From: Turneriella sp.
GTDB taxonomy: Bacteria > Spirochaetota > Leptospiria > Turneriellales > Turneriellaceae
DNA: 64,000 nt
Direction of reading: 5' to 3'
NCBI GenBank assembly: GCA_965279515.1
Contig: CBDIID010000003.1
Span: forward strand, 3,040,001-3,104,000
Shown here: one piece after another, positions 1 to 8,340 of the stretch
How positions within the stretch are numbered: position 1 is the stretch's first letter
Layout of the letters: every line of letters starts with the position of its first letter
Translations under genes and position numbers: made by a program
Notes under the pieces: model-generated
Databases searched by the model: none
Seen by the model: the letters and a program-made list of their open reading frames with translations, nothing else
What the model was told of the DNA's origin: nothing

Positions 1-317
1 GCTGGTTGTCTGACGAATCGCCGTGTTTTATTCCCGTGGCGCCGGTCGTCGATTCGATTGTTCGGCTCGATGGCAAGAATGTCATGCACTACGAAAACCG
101 GCAGGAGCTCAAGCGCGTGCAGACGCCGCAACTGATCCATTACCCGAGCTTTGAAGATAAGTTCAGCGCGGCGGTGAATGCGAACCGGTTGGCGATGGAT
201 TTTACCGACGAAGGTTCGCTCTGTCTATCGCTCGGCATGCCCGTGGGCAGTTTCGAGGGCGATACAGAGAATGTGAAAATTACGTTTCCGGAAGATTTGA
301 TTCCGGGGAAGTTGTGA
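1..317 (+). CDS. ispD: 2-C-methyl-D-erythritol 4-phosphate cytidylyltransferase, C-terminal part (5' end outside window)
   Basis: IspD motifs VQTPQ, TDEGSL and ENVKITFPEDL; stop overlaps next start (GTGA). Confidence 0.8.
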   Translation, partial: WLSDESPCFIPVAPVVDSIVRLDGKNVMHYENRQELKRVQTPQLIHYPSFEDKFSAAVNANRLAMDFTDEGSLCLSLGMPVGSFEGDTENVKITFPEDLIPGKL

Positions 318-1066
318 TCCCCGCCGTAATCCGCGCCGTCGTTGTTGCAGCCCTTCTGGGCGGGGCATGCACCCGTCATTCCCAGAATACTGTTGTGATT
401 GTTTCTGCCAACGCTGAATGGCGCGCGCTTCTGGCCGCGGTCAAACCTGAAAGTAGCGATCTAAAACCTTCGCCTTACGGTCAGTGGTTTGTTGGTAAGC
501 TGCCGAACGTAGAAAAACCGATCCTGTTCTTTCATGGGGGTTGGGGAAAGGTTGATGCAGCAGCATCGGCGCAGTGGGCGATATCCAAATGGAATCCACA
601 GCTCGTCGTTAACATCGGCACAGCGGGCGGATTTCCCGGGCGTGTGAAGGAAGGGGAAATTGTCTTCGCTACGCAGACCATCATCTATGACATCGTAGAG
701 CGTATGGGTAGTGCAACGGCGGCAATTCAGGATTATGCGACGAAACTGGATTCGCCGCCGCCTGGCCTCGCGGGTTTAGTTATTCCTTCGGCCATTTTAT
801 CGGCAGATCAGGATATAGATCCGCGCCGGGTTCCGGAACTCATGCAAACCTACAATGCCGTTGCTGCGGACTGGGAGTCAGCAGCGATTGCTCGAATCTG
901 TAAAAAGAACAATGTGCGTGTGATGGTATTGCGCGGGATTTCCGATGTGGTCGACGTGTCGGGCAGCCGCACCTATAATAACGCCGCGGATTTTGAAGCG
1001 CAATCAAAGAAGATTATGCTCAAGTTGCTCTCGTTTTTACCGCGGGTTATTTTCCCGCGTATTTGA
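314..1066 (+). CDS. mtnN: MTA/SAH nucleosidase family protein with lipoprotein-like signal peptide
   Basis: GGWGKVDAA, NIGTAGG, DWESAAIA, RGISD motifs; N-terminal hydrophobic stretch ending GGAC. Confidence 0.75.
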   Translation: MIPAVIRAVVVAALLGGACTRHSQNTVVIVSANAEWRALLAAVKPESSDLKPSPYGQWFVGKLPNVEKPILFFHGGWGKVDAAASAQWAISKWNPQLVVNIGTAGGFPGRVKEGEIVFATQTIIYDIVERMGSATAAIQDYATKLDSPPPGLAGLVIPSAILSADQDIDPRRVPELMQTYNAVAADWESAAIARICKKNNVRVMVLRGISDVVDVSGSRTYNNAADFEAQSKKIMLKLLSFLPRVIFPRI

Positions 1067-1775
1067 TAAACTCGCCGAAAACCCAGGCGCCTTTGTAAGG
1101 CAGAGATCGCTGCGGCTCACCAAAACCGCATTCATACCCGACAACTCTGACGAAATACCAGTAATTTTCCCAGTTGCCCACCTTAAGTTTGTTCACTGTT
1201 CGGGCAACGACCGCGACACCACCTTTTTTCGGCAGGGTTTCAATTGTTCCACCGTCACTATAGCATGTCCCTGCCTGAGACGCCGCGTCGGGGGCCGCGC
1301 GAAATTTAACAGCCGTCGTTGCGTGGCCGCTGGCTTCGCCCAAATAGATGACCGGTACAGAATCGATTTCGGTTTGTGAATTTACGGCAACGGTCGCCGC
1401 TTCATTGACGTAGGTTTCTTCGCCACAAACTAGCCAGTTATTATAGATTTTTTCGTTGCTGTCGATTTTCAGAGTGCATGGCTGGGCTAAGAGCGATACC
1501 GGGCAATAGTTATCTGCATCAGCCCCTTTGGGTGTTTCAATCTTCGTGACGCGTACCAGGTTCCCATTTTCGACCACGAACGAAAAGTTCACATCGCAGT
1601 GACAACCGGGGCCATGGCAGCTGGCGCGCCCTTTTGTTGCGTTTTTAAACAGTATGGTCTTAGAGCCGTTGGAATAAGCTGTTTTGGTCAGTAAGTCAGC
1701 GTTTACGGATATGCCGGAAAAACAGATAAATATACCCGCAAATTTCAAGAAAGATACCAGTTTCTTTTTAGTCAT
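1047..1775 (-). CDS. secreted hypothetical protein with C-terminal SH3b-like domain
   Basis: signal peptide; VKFRAAP...NYWYFV...GAWVFGEFI pattern; several Cys. Confidence 0.6.
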   Translation of the reverse strand: MTKKKLVSFLKFAGIFICFSGISVNADLLTKTAYSNGSKTILFKNATKGRASCHGPGCHCDVNFSFVVENGNLVRVTKIETPKGADADNYCPVSLLAQPCTLKIDSNEKIYNNWLVCGEETYVNEAATVAVNSQTEIDSVPVIYLGEASGHATTAVKFRAAPDAASQAGTCYSDGGTIETLPKKGGVAVVARTVNKLKVGNWENYWYFVRVVGYECGFGEPQRSLPYKGAWVFGEFIKYAGK

Positions 1776-1866
1776 ATAAACCTCTCTCTATACTGAATTC
1801 CGCAGGGCAAGATCATATCGGAAAAAATATTTCCCGCTAACCCAAAACACCAAGGATGTACTTCAA

Positions 1867-2220
1867 ATGGCTTACGACACAGCATTGGCTGCCCGAATCC
1901 GAAAATACCTCGAAGCGTTTCCGAAACTAAAAATTGAAGAAAAAAAAATGTTTCGGGGCGTAACCTTCATGATCAACGGAAAAATGTGCGTCAATGTGAG
2001 CGGAGAAAACATGATGTGCCGGTTTGATCCGGAGTTGCAAGCGGAGATCGCCCAGCGCAAGGGTTTTCAACCAATGAAGATGAAGGGGCGAGAATACAAA
2101 GGGTATTGTTATATATCGCCGGAGGGGTTTAAGACGAAAAAGGATTTTGAATATTGGCTGGGCATTTGCCTGGAGTTCAATGATAAGGCTAGGGCTTCGA
2201 AAAGAAAACGGAGGCGATGA
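1867..2220 (+). CDS. TfoX/Sxy N-terminal domain family protein
   Basis: MAYD...EKKMFRGVTFMINGKM...MKGREYKGY signature. Confidence 0.8.
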   Translation: MAYDTALAARIRKYLEAFPKLKIEEKKMFRGVTFMINGKMCVNVSGENMMCRFDPELQAEIAQRKGFQPMKMKGREYKGYCYISPEGFKTKKDFEYWLGICLEFNDKARASKRKRRR

Positions 2221-2227
2221 GGTTTTG

Positions 2228-2722
2228 ATGCATCTTGAACCAAGGGATGATGGGCCTAAAGGGTTGGAGATAAGACAGATCGAAACCGGAGAGAAAGCAC
2301 CTTATGACTTACTTCTTCTTGCAGATCCATCAAAAGAAGTCGTTGATCGGTATTTACAAACTTCGTACATTTATGTTGGGCAGATACAAGATGCGCTGGT
2401 TGGAGCTTTTGTATTAACTCCGGTTGATGCCGATAAGGTTGAAATCAAGAATATAGCCGTATTGGAAGGCCGGCAAGGCCAGGGAATCGGAAGTCTGCTC
2501 TTGCAAAACGCTGTCATCGTCGCAAAACAACGCGGTTTCAAATCAATCTGCATAGGGACAGCGAATGCCAGTATTGGCCAACTTTACTTATATCAAAAAC
2601 AAGGCTTTGAGATTTCGGAAATCAAAAAGAATTTTTTTATTGAAAATTATCGCGAATCTATATTTGAAAATGGTATTCAGTGTAAGCACATGATTATGTT
2701 GGAAAAATCTCTGCTTTTGTAG
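2228..2722 (+). CDS. GNAT N-acetyltransferase
   Basis: PYDLLLLADP, QGQGIG acetyl-CoA motif, LYQKQGF; start codon uncertain. Confidence 0.85.
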   Translation: MHLEPRDDGPKGLEIRQIETGEKAPYDLLLLADPSKEVVDRYLQTSYIYVGQIQDALVGAFVLTPVDADKVEIKNIAVLEGRQGQGIGSLLLQNAVIVAKQRGFKSICIGTANASIGQLYLYQKQGFEISEIKKNFFIENYRESIFENGIQCKHMIMLEKSLLL

Positions 2723-2750
2723 GTGGTCGCGACGGGGTAGGCAACTAGCG

Positions 2751-3314
2751 CTACTCCGCGCCTTCAAGCAGTAGTCGCGCGACCGCAATCGCCCCCTTAG
2801 GCATCTGCTCAATTGCTGTCTCGGCCGTCGTTGTTCCGGTTTCCCGCGCCGCCGCGATCACGCGTTTCGTTGAAACTTCGTAGAGCGCGGCGTAATGGTC
2901 GACATTCATCACCTGGCCGACCGAGCCTGCCTTCTCGGCCGTTACAAAAACAATGTAGTCGAACTTCACGCCAAAGCGGTTGCCGGCCTTGAGTGTGGCC
3001 GTCACCGCGAGCTGCGCAATCGGGTCGAGGCCCTTGGTGCCCTGGTTGTCGAGACCCAGCCGCGCGGCGGTTACGGGTAGTTCGAGCGCGGGCGCCGGCA
3101 TGAGCGGCAGCACATGGATCGAACCCGCGCCTTCGCCGGCGGCTTTACGGTAGGCGGCTTCAACAGGCGGCAAAGCCGAGACGCGGTCTTGCGCGGCGAC
3201 GAGAATGCCTTTGTTCTTCAGCGGAAATTTAGTTTTCGCGTCGGGATAACGTTCGACGGACTTACAGAATAGGAATACGGGTAAAATCGCGAGCAGGAAA
3301 TATTGTGGTTTCAT
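2751..3314 (-). CDS. hypothetical lipoprotein
   Basis: MKPQYFLLAILPVFLFC, spirochaete-type lipobox. Confidence 0.6.
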   Translation of the reverse strand: MKPQYFLLAILPVFLFCKSVERYPDAKTKFPLKNKGILVAAQDRVSALPPVEAAYRKAAGEGAGSIHVLPLMPAPALELPVTAARLGLDNQGTKGLDPIAQLAVTATLKAGNRFGVKFDYIVFVTAEKAGSVGQVMNVDHYAALYEVSTKRVIAAARETGTTTAETAIEQMPKGAIAVARLLLEGAE

Positions 3315-3350
3315 CAGGGATGCATCCCACTTAGGCGCCTGTCTGGAAAC

Positions 3351-3383
3351 AAAAAAGCCCGCCCTGATCACTCAGGGCAGGCT
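3351..3383 (-). terminator. Rho-independent terminator of the hsp20 operon
   Basis: minus strand AGCCTGCCCTGA-GTGA-TCAGGGCGGGCT followed by a T run, about 10 nt after the hsp20 stop. Confidence 0.85.
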
Positions 3384-3393
3384 CACCGTTCGC

Positions 3394-3774
3394 TTATTTC
3401 GCTGCGACGGTGATTGTCTTTTTGGCGCTTGCCTTGCGTGGCAGGTTCACCTTGAGCACGCCGTTCGCAATTTCAGCATTGATTGCCTCTGCGTCGACGT
3501 CTTCGCTGACGCGGAACGCGCGCTCATAGCTTGCGCGGCGGAATTCGCGGTGGATCTGCTGCTCTGTTTTTTGTTCAGAGGCAGATTGCGCTGTCGCCTT
3601 GAGTGTCACGATACCGTTTTCAAAGGTAACGTTGACATTCTCTTTGTTCGCACCCGGAACGTCTGCGTAGATGGTGTATCCCGCTTCGGTTTCAGTGATA
3701 TCGACTGCCGGAAGGTAGGTGACACCATTTGCCACCGGGCCTTTCTCCGATGTTTTCTTTTCTAATCCAAACAT
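3394..3774 (-). CDS. Hsp20/alpha-crystallin small heat shock protein
   Basis: PAVDITE, ADVPG, NGVLKVNLP; GGGGAG RBS. Confidence 0.92.
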   Translation of the reverse strand: MFGLEKKTSEKGPVANGVTYLPAVDITETEAGYTIYADVPGANKENVNVTFENGIVTLKATAQSASEQKTEQQIHREFRRASYERAFRVSEDVDAEAINAEIANGVLKVNLPRKASAKKTITVAAK

Positions 3775-3784
3775 AGTCTCCCCC

Positions 3785-4198
3785 TTATTTTGCAACAATC
3801 TCGATTTTGCGCGGCTTCGCCTCTGCGGCTTTGGGCAGCGTGACGGTCAGAATGCCGTCTTTGACTTCAGCGTTGACGCTGTCGCCACTGAGCGGGTGCT
3901 TAAAGCTGATGACGCGCTCAAATTTGCCGGAGGCACGCTCTTCGCGGCCATACTCTGCCTGATCGCGCTTGTTTTCACCGCGGATCGTCAGCTTGCGACC
4001 TTCGAGTTCGACAGTGACGTCTTCTTTCGCGAGGCCCGGAACGCGGGCTTCGATGACATAGGCGTCGTCGTTTTCGGCGATATTGACCGCCGGATAGTAG
4101 CCGCTCATACCGTTGGCAAAACTCCAGCGGAAGATGCGGTCGAATTCATTTTGGACCCCTGCGAGGTCGCTCCAGATAGAATGTGCTTTCACTAACAT
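3785..4198 (-). CDS. Hsp20/alpha-crystallin small heat shock protein
   Basis: YPAVNIAE, ARVPG, ERASGKFER, DGILTVTLPK; AGGAGG RBS. Confidence 0.92.
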   Translation of the reverse strand: MLVKAHSIWSDLAGVQNEFDRIFRWSFANGMSGYYPAVNIAENDDAYVIEARVPGLAKEDVTVELEGRKLTIRGENKRDQAEYGREERASGKFERVISFKHPLSGDSVNAEVKDGILTVTLPKAAEAKPRKIEIVAK

Positions 4199-4242
4199 TT
4201 TCCCTCCTAAAGGCCATTTCTGGCGTTTGTCTTTATTGACTG

Positions 4243-4296
4243 ATAGCACTCTATCAATCACAGTGCTAGTATAATTAAGAGTGTCGTGCCCGGCAA
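4243..4296 (-). promoter_or_regulatory. CIRCE (HrcA operator) overlapping a sigma70 promoter of the hsp20 operon
   Basis: ATAGCACTC-N9-CAGTGCTAG (4243-4269) versus consensus TTAGCACTC-N9-GAGTGCTAA; minus strand TTGCCG-17-TATACT (4296-4268). Confidence 0.85.
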
Positions 4297-4384
4297 ATTT
4301 TTTTGAGCAATAGCGAACTGAATTTTGACTCTTAATGCAAGAAAGACAGAGCTAGCTTACGCTTGGTTTGTCGGTTAATCGATC

Positions 4385-5749
4385 ATGAGTCGCATGGGGT
4401 ATCTGAATATTCTTTCGATCGTCTGCGTCATGCAGGCCTCTTGCCGTGGGTTTGGCAACTTTTGGGAAACCAAGGAGAAGGCAGGGAGTATTTACAGTTT
4501 TCGCTTCGAAGCAGGGTTAAATGGATTAGTCGAGAATTATGAAGGATCTATCTCCGGTAATATGATACGAGTCGCTCTACCTTATGGCATCGTTCATGCA
4601 GCGATAGCGTCCTTCACGACCGATGGTGGCGCACCATTTACAGTGTCGGGTGTCTCCCAGATTTCTGGCGAAACAGCGAATGATTTTAGGCAGCCATTGG
4701 TATACAGCGATGGTGTTGCGGAATACCGGGTCGAGGTGTATCCACTTGACCTGTTTGGCGACACCGGGCAAACGTTATGCTACACAGGTACCGGAGCAGG
4801 TGATGTGGCAACGGCCTGCTCGGGCAACGGGGGTGCTTACCCCGCGCAGGATGCGGATTTCCTGACCCCACGACCCCGAAGTTTTTTAACGGTGGAACAG
4901 CATCCGGTCTTCACTTCGGATTATACGACCAGAGATCGATTGACAGGGCTGGATTATCGCAGTTGCAGTGAAGGTCTGACCGGGGCCACCTGTACCGGCG
5001 CTGCGGTAGTGCTTGATTGGCAAACGGCTGCGGCCACCTGCCTCGCCTTGAACAATAGTAATTCAGGAGCTGGCTACGCGGGCCGCCGTGACTGGCGTAT
5101 TCCAAATCTGCGTGAATTGGCCGCCTTGATCAATCACCAGTCCGCGGCGCCGACCATCGATGCCCTATCCTTTCCCGCAACGGTGAACGGTCCATATTGG
5201 ACAGCCGACGAATATGCTCCGAGCACTGGCTACGGCTGGGGAGTGAGTTTTAATAATGGAACAGTTTTCAACAATTCGCAAAAGACTCTTACCCGGAGCA
5301 TCCGTTGTGTTGCCGGTAATCCTCCTCCCGCGGCGCTGCGGGAGGCAAAAGACGACGGCACGGTATTGGATCGCAGGTCGGGCCTTGTCTGGCAGAAGTG
5401 TTCCAGCGGCCTCGCTCTTCCGGATTGCAGCGGAGCGGTCGTGAACCTTGCATGGTCCGATGCGCTGAACTACTGCGTCGCACTCACGCTCGCGGGAATG
5501 AGCTGGCGTCTGCCCAATATCAACGAGTTGCTGAGCAGCGTCGATTACAAGTCCGCTGCGGCACCGCCCGTTGACGCGCAAATTTTTCCAGCAACTGCAT
5601 TAAACGACTACTGGAGTTCGACGACGCATAACTCGCTGCCGACCAACGCGCTCGCAGTCAACTTTAGCAATACAAATACAGGCGCGGCCGCATACGCTGC
5701 TAAAAATACCGTGTTGCCAGTCCGTTGCGTGGCGAACATCGGCCCATAA
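4385..5749 (+). CDS. DUF1566 (Lcl C-terminal) tandem-domain lipoprotein
   Basis: two repeats of D..TGL.W/Y...WR.PN..EL...YW...RCV; N-terminal lipobox-like QASC. Confidence 0.85.
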   Translation: MSRMGYLNILSIVCVMQASCRGFGNFWETKEKAGSIYSFRFEAGLNGLVENYEGSISGNMIRVALPYGIVHAAIASFTTDGGAPFTVSGVSQISGETANDFRQPLVYSDGVAEYRVEVYPLDLFGDTGQTLCYTGTGAGDVATACSGNGGAYPAQDADFLTPRPRSFLTVEQHPVFTSDYTTRDRLTGLDYRSCSEGLTGATCTGAAVVLDWQTAAATCLALNNSNSGAGYAGRRDWRIPNLRELAALINHQSAAPTIDALSFPATVNGPYWTADEYAPSTGYGWGVSFNNGTVFNNSQKTLTRSIRCVAGNPPPAALREAKDDGTVLDRRSGLVWQKCSSGLALPDCSGAVVNLAWSDALNYCVALTLAGMSWRLPNINELLSSVDYKSAAAPPVDAQIFPATALNDYWSSTTHNSLPTNALAVNFSNTNTGAAAYAAKNTVLPVRCVANIGP

Positions 5750-5793
5750 AATTCCGGATTGCCAGATCGCCTTGTCTTATGAGGCATGCCGTA

Positions 5794-6051
5794 ATGGGCA
5801 AAGCTTTGCATAACTTTCTGAATCCATCCCTCAACCATGACATTCGTACAATTCTGGCTGAAGAGCTTGCCACCTACGTACGGCGCATGTCGCGCATACG
5901 CGTCGTCGCAACGGTGATTCTGACGGCGATGGCCGGTTTTGCGGTTTTTCTTCTACTCTTGCCCGTCGAGAGCAGGCCATTCACGATTCTCGGCGCCGTT
6001 AAGGTACGCGGCAAACAGAAAGCGGTGAAGGTTTTTACCCTCACGCGCTGA
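5794..6051 (+). pseudogene. probable internally deleted class III adenylate/guanylate cyclase remnant
   Basis: 85 aa; one TM helix joined directly to LGAVKVRGKQKAVKVF, a typical cyclase C-terminal strand. Confidence 0.45.
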
Positions 6052-6061
6052 TAATTTATCG

Positions 6062-6541
6062 TTACGGCTTTTTGAGGACGACGAAGCTTACCCGGCGGTT
6101 AAGGGGGTTTTCGGTATTCGTTTCATCCATGATGGGGTTTGATTCTCCCATAGACCGGTACACGAGTTTGTCTTTATCCACGCCGCTCTTAGTGAGGGCT
6201 TCATAAACAAACTCCGCGCGCTTCAAGCCGATTTTTTGGTTCGCCTTTGTTGCGCCCTGTGTGTCGGCGTGCCCGCGTACTTCGACCACATATCCCTCGG
6301 GTATCTCAGCCACTACGGATTTCACAATAGGGATATCTGACTTTTCCCATTCAGCATACGCCGCTTTGCCCGGGGCAGCTTTCCATGCTTTGAAACCAAA
6401 CATCCTGGCCTGCTTTAAAGTCTCGTTCCACTGTACTATCTTCGGGTCGGTATCCCCGGAAGCACCTCTGACATTACCTTGACCCGACGAACATGCAACG
6501 GCGATCGTTGCAATCAATATCATTAAAATACTTTTCTTCAT
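6062..6541 (-). CDS. OmpA-family peptidoglycan-binding lipoprotein (Loa22-like)
   Basis: lipobox AVAC; GHAD..G, NQKIGLKRA, NRRV motifs; GAGGAG RBS. Confidence 0.85.
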   Translation of the reverse strand: MKKSILMILIATIAVACSSGQGNVRGASGDTDPKIVQWNETLKQARMFGFKAWKAAPGKAAYAEWEKSDIPIVKSVVAEIPEGYVVEVRGHADTQGATKANQKIGLKRAEFVYEALTKSGVDKDKLVYRSMGESNPIMDETNTENPLNRRVSFVVLKKP

Positions 6542-6697
6542 GTAAATCTCCTCGGCTGCAGATTTGTGAATTTCAGCCTGAAATCGCACAGTAGGCAATA
6601 AAGGGCCTTGCGACGATAATTTTACCATTTAGTTACGAATCACTGCCCTCCATAATCAATTTCTATGCCCATTGCATGGGAACAATTTTTGAAAAGC

Positions 6698-6725
6698 TTG
6701 ACGCGCATTCCGACGACCATATCCT
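6698..6725 (+). promoter_or_regulatory. putative sigma70 promoter for the ncRNA-slipin locus
   Basis: TTGACG-16-TATCCT, predicting a start near 6732, just before the 5' strand of the closing helix. Confidence 0.55.
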
Positions 6726-6733
6726 TCACCGCC

Positions 6734-7065
6734 GGTGCGGTAATCCTGCGGCGTCGAAACGCCGGGCGGTACCCCTGACGTGTCTTCGGGTATTCTGCGG
6801 AGCATCGTAGCGGCACCAAACTCTTGGGGTAGCGGGTTCGATTCCCGCCCGCAGCAATGCGTGTAGCTCACCGGCAGAGCACAAGACGGAAACCCGAAAG
6901 GGGAGCAAGTTCGACTCTTGCAACGGGCTGTGAACCTGATTTGTGGAGGGTGTCCGTCCCTAACCGGGCACGGCAGTGAGCCTGCCTAAAAAAGTTCGTC
7001 CGGACAAAGGGGCCGGCCCCTCGGGGCACCTGAAAGCTGGCTTTGTAAGTGGTGGATACCGCACC
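6734..7065 (+). ncRNA. structured ncRNA containing a circularly permuted (YrlA-like) tRNA-mimic domain and a second T-arm
   Basis: ends pair (GGTGCGGTA 6734-6742 / TACCGCACC 7057-7065); T-arm GCGGG-TTCGATT-CCCGC; GCAA-capped acceptor stem; D-arm GCTC-ACCGGCA-GAGC; second T-arm GCAAG-TTCGACT-CTTGC. Confidence 0.75.
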
Positions 7066-7173
7066 TGTTAAGTAGCGTCAGCTTCGGCCCGCGTTACAGC
7101 GCAGATGCTTAAGCGCACTTCCGCTGGTCGTATGTGGCTCCTTTGCCTGGATCAGATTATTTTGTGGGGAAAT

Positions 7174-8277
7174 ATGGCTGTAACGATTGAGCAAGACGAA
7201 GTTGGAATTTATTTCCGCGATGGCATCTATAAAAAATTTCTGCTGCCGGGCAAACATACGCTCCCGTTTTTCGGCAAAAAGCTCGTCGAGCTGCATAAGG
7301 TCGCGCAGGAATTCAAGTCATCCAAGAATCTCGAAATTCTTGTCAAAGATGAAAAGCTGGCGAAGCTGCTCGACATTGTCGACGTCGCCGACCACCAGAT
7401 AGCGCTGTATTTTGCCGACGGGCATTTTCAGAAAATACTCAAACCGGGTAAGACAGCATTCTGGAATATGTTGCGCAAAAATACCTTCGAGGTTATCGAT
7501 TTTTCGAAACCCGATATTCCCGCCGAAATTCATCCCTCTATTCTCGCGCATGCAGAGACGGTAGCACACCTGCAGACTGTGAGCGTCGCTTCGTTCCAGA
7601 AGGCGTTGCTGTTCTTCAACGGTAAGTTCGAGCGTGTATTGGAGCCGGGAAAATATTATTTCTGGAATGGGCCGACCAAGGTCACTGCCGAACTCGTCGA
7701 CCTGCGGCAGCAGCAGCTCGACATGACGGGCCAGGAAATCATGACGCAGGATAAGGTGACGCTGCGGCTGAATTTTATCTGTCTTTACCGCATCATCGAT
7801 CCGCTGACAGTTTTTCAAAATATCAAGGAATATGAAAAGCAGCTCTACATTCAATTGCAGCTGATCTTGCGCGAGTATGTCGGCATGCTGAAGCTCGACG
7901 AGCTTCTTGAGAAGAAAGAAGAAGTCGGGCAGTTCATTCTGGAAAAACTTAAGAAGAACGCCGGCGGCTGGGGTATTGAATTTATCGGCGCCGGCGTGAA
8001 AGATGTCATCTTACCAGGTGAGATCAAAGATATTCTCAACAAAGTCATCGAAGCGGAAAAGCGTGCGCAGGCCAATGTCATCACACGCCGCGAAGAGACT
8101 GCCTCGACGCGTAGCCTGCTGAATACCGTAAAACTCATGGAAGATAACCCGCTGCTTATCAAACTCAAGGAATGGGAGCAGATTGAAACCGTTGCGGCGA
8201 AAATAGGCAGCATCTCCGTTTCGAGTGGTGCCGATATTTTGCAGCAGCTGGGTAAGATACTGACTCCCGAAAAGTGA
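7174..8277 (+). CDS. slipin family SPFH/band-7 protein
   Basis: three N-terminal repeats (..LYF.DG.F.K.L.PGK), QEIMTQDKVTLRLN, KDVILPGE, RREETASTRSLLNT. Confidence 0.88.
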   Translation: MAVTIEQDEVGIYFRDGIYKKFLLPGKHTLPFFGKKLVELHKVAQEFKSSKNLEILVKDEKLAKLLDIVDVADHQIALYFADGHFQKILKPGKTAFWNMLRKNTFEVIDFSKPDIPAEIHPSILAHAETVAHLQTVSVASFQKALLFFNGKFERVLEPGKYYFWNGPTKVTAELVDLRQQQLDMTGQEIMTQDKVTLRLNFICLYRIIDPLTVFQNIKEYEKQLYIQLQLILREYVGMLKLDELLEKKEEVGQFILEKLKKNAGGWGIEFIGAGVKDVILPGEIKDILNKVIEAEKRAQANVITRREETASTRSLLNTVKLMEDNPLLIKLKEWEQIETVAAKIGSISVSSGADILQQLGKILTPEK

Positions 8278-8340
8278 TCTTGTCGCCGTTCCAGCGGCGA
8301 AAGGCTTGACATCGCGCGCTCTCAGCGCATGCGATGAGCC

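Noticed and set aside
6656..6923. Short minus-strand ORFs of 65-71 aa
   Set aside because: They are antisense readings of the structured RNA (ESNP/ESNL peptides are typical of reverse T-loops)
6795..6928. Two canonical tRNA genes
   Set aside because: T-loops are present, but neither linear reading gives a full acceptor stem, anticodon arm and CCA end; a permuted tRNA-like domain fits better
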